Part shown: in pieces, positions 58,601 through 64,000 of the stretch | Numbering within the stretch: the first letter of the stretch is position 1 | Layout: each line of letters opens with the position of its first letter | From: an uncultured delta proteobacterium | GTDB taxonomy: Bacteria; Desulfobacterota; Binatia; UBA9968 | Direction of reading: 5' to 3' | Assembly (NCBI GenBank): GCA_963737905.1 | Contig: CAVTUQ010000013.1 | Span: 1-64,000, forward strand | DNA length: 64,000 nt | Translations under genes and position numbers: made by a program | Notes under the pieces: generated by a model | The model's database searches: none | Told to the model about the DNA's origin: nothing | What the model saw: the letters and a program-made list of their open reading frames with translations, nothing else

Positions 58601-59644
58601 ATGCGGAAAATTAGCAACGTTTTTGTCTTTCTATTTATGGCTCTAGTTCTTGCACCTAGCGCGAACGTTAAGGCGGCGGAGTACTATCAGGACAAGTCGA
58701 TCAGGATCGTCGTCGGTTTCACGTCCGGCGGTTTCTATGACCGTTGGGCCCGATTGCTGGCGCGCTTCATGCCAAAGTACATTCCCGGCAAACCGGAGAT
58801 GATTGTGCAGAATATGCCGGGTGCCGGCGGCCTCATCGCCGCGAATTACACCTTTAACGTGGCCCAACCCGACGGCCTGAGCGTGGCCTCGCTTTCCTAT
58901 GGTCTGTATCTCGATCAAATGGTGGGACGCAACGAGGCCAAATATGACATTCGCAAGTTTGGCTGGATCGGCTCCCCGGAAAAAAGCGACGTGCTTCTCT
59001 ACATGCGCTCTGATGCGCCGTACAAGAGTATCGAGGACATCCGCAAGGCCAGCACGCCTCCCAAATGCGGCTCCACCGGCACTTCGGGAACGGACTTTAT
59101 CCTGGCGCGTTTGCTGGAAGACACCCTCGATCTGAAAATCAACACGGTCATGGGCTATCCCGGTGGTAGTGAAATCGATCTGGCGGTGGAAAAGGGCGAA
59201 GTGCAGTGCCGCGGCATGACCTCCGCGCCTTACTTCGGCCGCGAGCCCTTCATTTCTTGGGCCAAGAGAAACTTCGTCAACGTCTTGGTATTCGGCGGCG
59301 TCAAACGCGATCCGCGCATTGCGGATACGCCGACCCTCTATGAGATATTCGACAAGGAGAACACCCCAGAAGAAAGCCGACAGGTCGCGGACGTGATCTT
59401 GCGCGGCGGCGACTTCGGCCGCCCATTGGTCACTCCTCCCGGGACCCCTGCTGATCTTATCAAGATATTGCGCGACGCCCATTCGAAAGCCATGAAGGAC
59501 CCGGCCCTTTTAGACGAAGCCAAGAAAGGCAAAATGGAAGTCGAAGCGGTGAGCGGAGAAGACCTGGAGAAGCTCGCCAACAAGATGATGAGTATGCCAC
59601 CGGCCGTAGTAAAACGAGTCAAAAATGTCCTGGCAGCGAAATAA
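58601..59644 (+). CDS. TctC/Bug binding protein
   Basis: GFTSGGFYD, NMPGAGG, GYPGG and GRPLVTPPGTP. Confidence 0.92.
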   Translation: MRKISNVFVFLFMALVLAPSANVKAAEYYQDKSIRIVVGFTSGGFYDRWARLLARFMPKYIPGKPEMIVQNMPGAGGLIAANYTFNVAQPDGLSVASLSYGLYLDQMVGRNEAKYDIRKFGWIGSPEKSDVLLYMRSDAPYKSIEDIRKASTPPKCGSTGTSGTDFILARLLEDTLDLKINTVMGYPGGSEIDLAVEKGEVQCRGMTSAPYFGREPFISWAKRNFVNVLVFGGVKRDPRIADTPTLYEIFDKENTPEESRQVADVILRGGDFGRPLVTPPGTPADLIKILRDAHSKAMKDPALLDEAKKGKMEVEAVSGEDLEKLANKMMSMPPAVVKRVKNVLAAK

Positions 59645-59710
59645 CGCCGCGCCTGGAAACATCGACGGAAAGGTTCTACACAATTCTGAATTTCGATTGG
59701 AGGTTTCACC

Positions 59711-60751
59711 GTGAATAAACTTGCACTGATCCTAGCTGCGCTTATCTTCTACTCGATTCCCGGAGCAGCCCGGCTGTATGCTCAAACACCCTATTATCAA
59801 GGCAAAACGATTACCATCGTCGCAGGGACCAAAGCTGGCGATGTTTACGATCTCTACGCCCGTATGTTCGCGCAGTTCATGCCCAAATATATCCCGGGAA
59901 ACCCTAACATCATCGTGCAAAACATGGCAGGCGCAGGTTCTATGATCGCCGCCAACTACGTCTATAACGTCGCCAATCCCGACGGGCTAACGATCGGCGC
60001 GATCTTTCCCGCCCTTTATTTCGATCAAATCATTGGCCGGCAAGAAGTCAAGTTCGACTGGAGCAAATTCGCCTGGATCGGCAGCCCAGTCACCTCTAAT
60101 CACCTCCTGTACATGCGTGCGGATACGCCGTACAAGTCGATCGCCGACGTCGTCAAGACTTCGACTCCGCCAAAATGCGGCGCGACCGGGACCAGCTCGA
60201 CCGCCTATTATGTACCGAAGCTGCTGGATGAAGTGATTGAAACGAAGTTCGACGTCGTCCTCGGTTACCAGTCCGGACAGGATATCGACCTGGCGGTTGA
60301 AAGGGGCGAGCTGGTGTGTCGAGCGTTCACCATCACGGCTTTTTTCGCCCGTGAGCCCTTTATTACGTGGCGCAAAAACAACTTTGTGCGGGTGCTCATG
60401 CAAAGCGGCCGCAAGCGGGATCAGAGACTCAAAGAAGTTCCGACCATCTACGAGCTCATGGATCAATACAAGGCCCCGCCGGCGGGTAGAAACCTGACAA
60501 CCCTCGTCCTGGCGGCGGGTGACTTCGGCCGGCCCTACGTGCTGCCTCCCAGTACGCCGGCGGACCGCGTGAAAATTATTCGTGAAGCGTTCCAAAAAAC
60601 CTTGAGCGACGAAGCGGCTTTGGCCGACGCAAAAAAGAAACGCCTGGAGATCGACCCCAGTTCCAGCGACGAGCTGGAGAAATTGGCTAAGGAAGTGGTC
60701 AGTCAGCCTCCCGATATCGTGGCAAAAATGAAAACGCTGTTGGAAAAGTAA
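59711..60751 (+). CDS. TctC/Bug binding protein
   Basis: GTKAGDVYD, NMAGAGS and GRPYVLPP. Confidence 0.92.
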   Translation: MNKLALILAALIFYSIPGAARLYAQTPYYQGKTITIVAGTKAGDVYDLYARMFAQFMPKYIPGNPNIIVQNMAGAGSMIAANYVYNVANPDGLTIGAIFPALYFDQIIGRQEVKFDWSKFAWIGSPVTSNHLLYMRADTPYKSIADVVKTSTPPKCGATGTSSTAYYVPKLLDEVIETKFDVVLGYQSGQDIDLAVERGELVCRAFTITAFFAREPFITWRKNNFVRVLMQSGRKRDQRLKEVPTIYELMDQYKAPPAGRNLTTLVLAAGDFGRPYVLPPSTPADRVKIIREAFQKTLSDEAALADAKKKRLEIDPSSSDELEKLAKEVVSQPPDIVAKMKTLLEK

Positions 60752-60832
60752 GTCAAATCACGAACGAACAACTAAACCTAGGCAGGATGGCACGGAGTTC
60801 AACCCTTGGCAGGAGAATAGGAGAGGTATCAG

Positions 60833-61870
60833 ATGCGACAAATTAAAGAGATAAATATCGGGTTACTGACGGTTCTGATGGTCCTTGGCTTCAGCGGCTT
60901 CGTGCAAGCCAATTCTTTGGAGGATTTGGTAGCCGGTGCCAAAAAAGAGGGGGCCTTAGAGCTCTATGGCCCGTCGACCCTCACGCCTCAAGGCGCCGAC
61001 ACGCTGGCGGCGGCCTTCAATAAAAAGTACGGCCTCAACACGAAGTTGACACTTCACCCCTCATTGAACATGACGCGCGACGTGGGAAAACTTGTAGGAA
61101 TGGCCGCCACCGGAGTGGCTCCCGAGTGGGACACGATGATCGTAACGGATGCCCACTATGCGACGCTTTGGCTGAGAAAACTCGTCGAACCCTACGATTA
61201 CAAAAGCGCGGGGGTTGATCCCCAGGTCATTCATTATGACAGCGGGTCAATTACCTTCGCCAACCAGATCGTTCTCCCGGCGTACAACAAGAAAACAATG
61301 CCCGCCAAAGATGTTCCGACGAAGTGGGAGGACCTGCTTGACCCCAAGTGGAAAGGCGGCAAGCTCGGAGTATCCACCGCAACCCATCACTTTGCCCGCC
61401 TGGCGGTGGGAGCCTGGGGCGAAGAAAAAACCGCAAAGTTCGTAAACGACATAGCGAGTCAAGAACCTGTTCTGGGAAGGCTGGCAGAATTATACAACCG
61501 CCTGCTTTTGGGTGAGATATCCATTGCGGTAACGCTTACCGACAGCAATATTAACGAAGCGAAAAAGACCGGCGCTCCCGTGGTATTTGCTGATGCAATC
61601 CAACCGGTGATTTCGCCCGCCTATCAATCAGGCGTCATTAAGGGAGCTACACATCCGAGCACCGGCCATCTCTTCTCGATTTTTCTCACTTCGGACGAAG
61701 CGCAAGATATTTGGGAAAAGTATAACGGCCAGACCTCGGCATTCGTTCCCGGCACGACCGCTTATAAATTTCTAAAGGGCAAACAAGCACTCTTCATGAA
61801 CCAGAATCAAGCCAAGACCGTGGATAAACTGGCGCGACAGTACGGCAAAATGCTCGGCTTTAACAGGTAA
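60833..61870 (+). CDS. ABC substrate-binding protein, AfuA/FbpA-like
   Basis: GAKKEGALELY, WEDLLDPKWKG, GAPV and HPS.GHLF. Confidence 0.88.
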   Translation: MRQIKEINIGLLTVLMVLGFSGFVQANSLEDLVAGAKKEGALELYGPSTLTPQGADTLAAAFNKKYGLNTKLTLHPSLNMTRDVGKLVGMAATGVAPEWDTMIVTDAHYATLWLRKLVEPYDYKSAGVDPQVIHYDSGSITFANQIVLPAYNKKTMPAKDVPTKWEDLLDPKWKGGKLGVSTATHHFARLAVGAWGEEKTAKFVNDIASQEPVLGRLAELYNRLLLGEISIAVTLTDSNINEAKKTGAPVVFADAIQPVISPAYQSGVIKGATHPSTGHLFSIFLTSDEAQDIWEKYNGQTSAFVPGTTAYKFLKGKQALFMNQNQAKTVDKLARQYGKMLGFNR

Positions 61871-61993
61871 GCGAAAAGTAGTTTATCGCTGACTCTAGTC
61901 TCGCGAATGATGCGGGTAAAATGTTCGAGGACTATGATCATTTTCTCGGATTGCACATAGGATTGGCAGTAAGCAAACTATGAAGGAATTAAG

Positions 61994-63763
61994 ATGAAAA
62001 CCGCTCCCGCGCGGGCGATGCGGCTCGATGTTTTCTCCAGATTCTCCAAGCCGTTCGAACTAGGACAGTACGGCGTTTCTTTTTTCACTGCAGGTTTGCT
62101 CGCACTCCTTATCTTGATCGTGGGCGTGCCCCTTTTGATGGTCGTGCTCATGAGCCTTCGGACGGGCTTTCCCGGTGAGGGGGGGCCACTCACCTTGCAA
62201 AACTTCGTCGACGTCTATGCGGATGTGAGCACTTATGAAGTCCTGGGCAATACGATGCTTTTCGCGCTGGGTTCTGTTGCAGTGGCGCTGCTTTTCGCCA
62301 TCCCGCTGTCCTGGCTTCTCATGCGCACGGATATCCCCTTTAAAAAGACCTTTTATGTGCTGCTCACCGTGGGAATCCTCATTCCGGTTTTCCTACGCAC
62401 AATCGCCTGGATTCTTCTATTAAGTCCCCGCATCGGCTTGCTGAATCAATGGCTCGTAAAGATTTTCAGTTTGGACGGGCCGCCCTTGAACCTCTACACC
62501 ATTACCGGAATGGCTTTTATCCAGGGAGTCTCCTTCGTCCCGGGCGCGTTTTTCATGCTCTCTGCTGCGTATCGCGCGATGGATCCTTCGCTAGAGGAGG
62601 CAGCCTATACCTCGGGCGTCAGTAAACTCACGACATTCCTAAGAATCAATGTCCCACTTACTTTGCCGGCCATTGCCGCGGTTATGGTTTATCTTTTCAT
62701 GACTGGGATTGCCGTATTCGAAGTCCCCGCCATCATCGGACTCCCTGCGAGAATCCTGGTTTTGAGCGCGCTCATCTATACGGCAACCTCTCCACCGACG
62801 GGACTGCCCGAATATGGCATAGCGGGGGCCTACGGCGGCATCATGCTCGTAGCGGGTTTGGCTCTTGCCTATTTCTACGTGCGCCTGGTTAAACAAGGAA
62901 AGAAATTCACTGTAATAACAGGGCGGGGTTACCGTCCCCGCGAGATCGCCTTGCGCCGATGGAAGTGGGTGGCCGTATCTTTTGTCCTGCTTTACCTCTC
63001 GATCGAGGTTTTTGTTCCGTTTCTGGTTCTGCTCTGGACATCATTTATGCCGTACCTTCAACTTCCTTCTGCAGCCGCTTTGAAATCGATGACGCTTAAG
63101 AACTATGTGACGATTCCCGACTACGCGGGTGCTCAGCCCTTTATCAACACTTTTATCCTCATGATCGGGGTGCCCACGATCGCTATGTTTCTCAGCGTTC
63201 TCGTTTCGTGGGCCGTGGTTCGAACCCAAGTACGCTTTCGCGGGATTTTGGATACGGTAGCGTTTTTACCTCACGCGATTCCAAGCATCTTGTTGGCCGT
63301 GGGGTTGGCTTATCTCGGTTTGGCCTATAGAGACTATTTTCCTATATACGGGACTGTTCTTATCATCATGGTGGCCCATGTCATCAACTGGATCGCTTAC
63401 GGTACCAGGACGACTAATAGTGTGATGATCCAAGTCCATCGAGAGTTGGAAGAAGCGGGGAAAGTCGCGGGAGCCTCTACACCACGTGTGGTTTGGAAGA
63501 TCGTCTTGCCTTTGATCGCCGCGGGAGTGCTCAACAGTTGGGTTTGGATCGGCATGCTGTCTTATAGAGAAGTCACCATGGCGCTGACCCTTTATACCAG
63601 GAATAGTGTTGTGATATCGACGGTGGTCTGGCAATTCTGGAGCAACGGTTGGATCCCGCAAGTATCCGCCCTCGGAGTCATCTTGATTCTTTTTGCGCTC
63701 ATTGTAGTAGGCAGCGTGAGAGTCGCGCTCGCCAGGGTCGGCGAGATCGGCTCGGCAACATAA
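61994..63763 (+). CDS. ABC permease, FbpB/ThiP-like
   Basis: MDPSLEEAA, TGRGYRP and VHRELEEAG. Confidence 0.92.
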   Translation: MKTAPARAMRLDVFSRFSKPFELGQYGVSFFTAGLLALLILIVGVPLLMVVLMSLRTGFPGEGGPLTLQNFVDVYADVSTYEVLGNTMLFALGSVAVALLFAIPLSWLLMRTDIPFKKTFYVLLTVGILIPVFLRTIAWILLLSPRIGLLNQWLVKIFSLDGPPLNLYTITGMAFIQGVSFVPGAFFMLSAAYRAMDPSLEEAAYTSGVSKLTTFLRINVPLTLPAIAAVMVYLFMTGIAVFEVPAIIGLPARILVLSALIYTATSPPTGLPEYGIAGAYGGIMLVAGLALAYFYVRLVKQGKKFTVITGRGYRPREIALRRWKWVAVSFVLLYLSIEVFVPFLVLLWTSFMPYLQLPSAAALKSMTLKNYVTIPDYAGAQPFINTFILMIGVPTIAMFLSVLVSWAVVRTQVRFRGILDTVAFLPHAIPSILLAVGLAYLGLAYRDYFPIYGTVLIIMVAHVINWIAYGTRTTNSVMIQVHRELEEAGKVAGASTPRVVWKIVLPLIAAGVLNSWVWIGMLSYREVTMALTLYTRNSVVISTVVWQFWSNGWIPQVSALGVILILFALIVVGSVRVALARVGEIGSAT

Positions 63764-63841
63764 CGGGTATGGAAAACATTTGGCGACGGAGAGGCCGCGA
63801 AATAAGCGGGCGAATCTTTGTATCGCATATCAAGGAGGTCA

Positions 63842-64000
63842 ATGATGGATCTCAAAAGACTCTTGCAGGTTATCGGTCTAATTTTGATTCTACCCGCGCT
63901 TGCTGCAGCGCAAGAAGAAATCAAGTTTCCTGTGGCGGCTTCGTCCAAGGTCCTTGGCTTTGCTCCCCTCTGGGCGGCCTCGGGAATGGGGTTTCTCAAA
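63842..64000 (+). CDS. ABC substrate-binding protein, NMT1-like (5' part, truncated by the window)
   Basis: MMDLKRLLQ..AAAQ..GFAPLWAASGMGFLK; AAGGAGG RBS. Confidence 0.7.
   Translation, partial: MMDLKRLLQVIGLILILPALAAAQEEIKFPVAASSKVLGFAPLWAASGMGFLK

Noticed and set aside
60788-60802. sigma54 promoter TGGCACGGAGTTCAA
   Set aside because: Good -24 element but no GC at -12.

Overview
Bacterial chromosomal segment, probably from a soil Deltaproteobacteria-like lineage such as Ca. Binatia. This placement is an inference from the ispE-spoVG-tRNA-Gln-prs-rplY-pth-rpsF operon, the large expansion of TctC/NMT1/amidohydrolase paralogs and the intergenic heptamer repeats. Layout: (1) 1-5 kb housekeeping genes, suhB and tRNA-Arg(CCG); (2) 5-10.4 kb decayed accessory island with an integron-type cassette (AI-2E transporter plus attC, no integrase), small orphan ORFs and origin-like inverted repeats; (3) 10.5-22 kb aromatic/heteroaromatic catabolism genes (two gentisate-dioxygenase-family cupins, a NahE/PhdJ-like hydratase-aldolase, a NicX-like protein, two amidohydrolases, transporters); (4) 22.5-37.4 kb acyl-CoA cluster with an Ltp3/Ltp4-like Cys-less thiolase pair plus two DUF35 proteins, an isobutyryl-CoA-type B12 mutase with MeaB, two acyl-CoA dehydrogenases, thiolase, 2-oxoacid dehydrogenase E1a/E1b/E2 and Hbd; (5) 37.7-48.4 kb a sigma54-driven HTH gene, a CADD/PqqC-like diiron protein-cupin-UbiD operon, a tandem-domain lipoprotein and twin sigma54 activators with pseudo-receiver domains; (6) 48.5-64 kb solute-binding-protein array with six TctC genes around one fused TctA-TctB. 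Frameshifts at 1-1.5 kb and 49.9-53.5 kb look like sequencing errors. The best candidate for an undescribed system is the diiron protein-cupin-UbiD operon, followed by the Ltp3/4-like aldolase linked to the mutase cluster. All family calls come from motif recognition; no database search was run.
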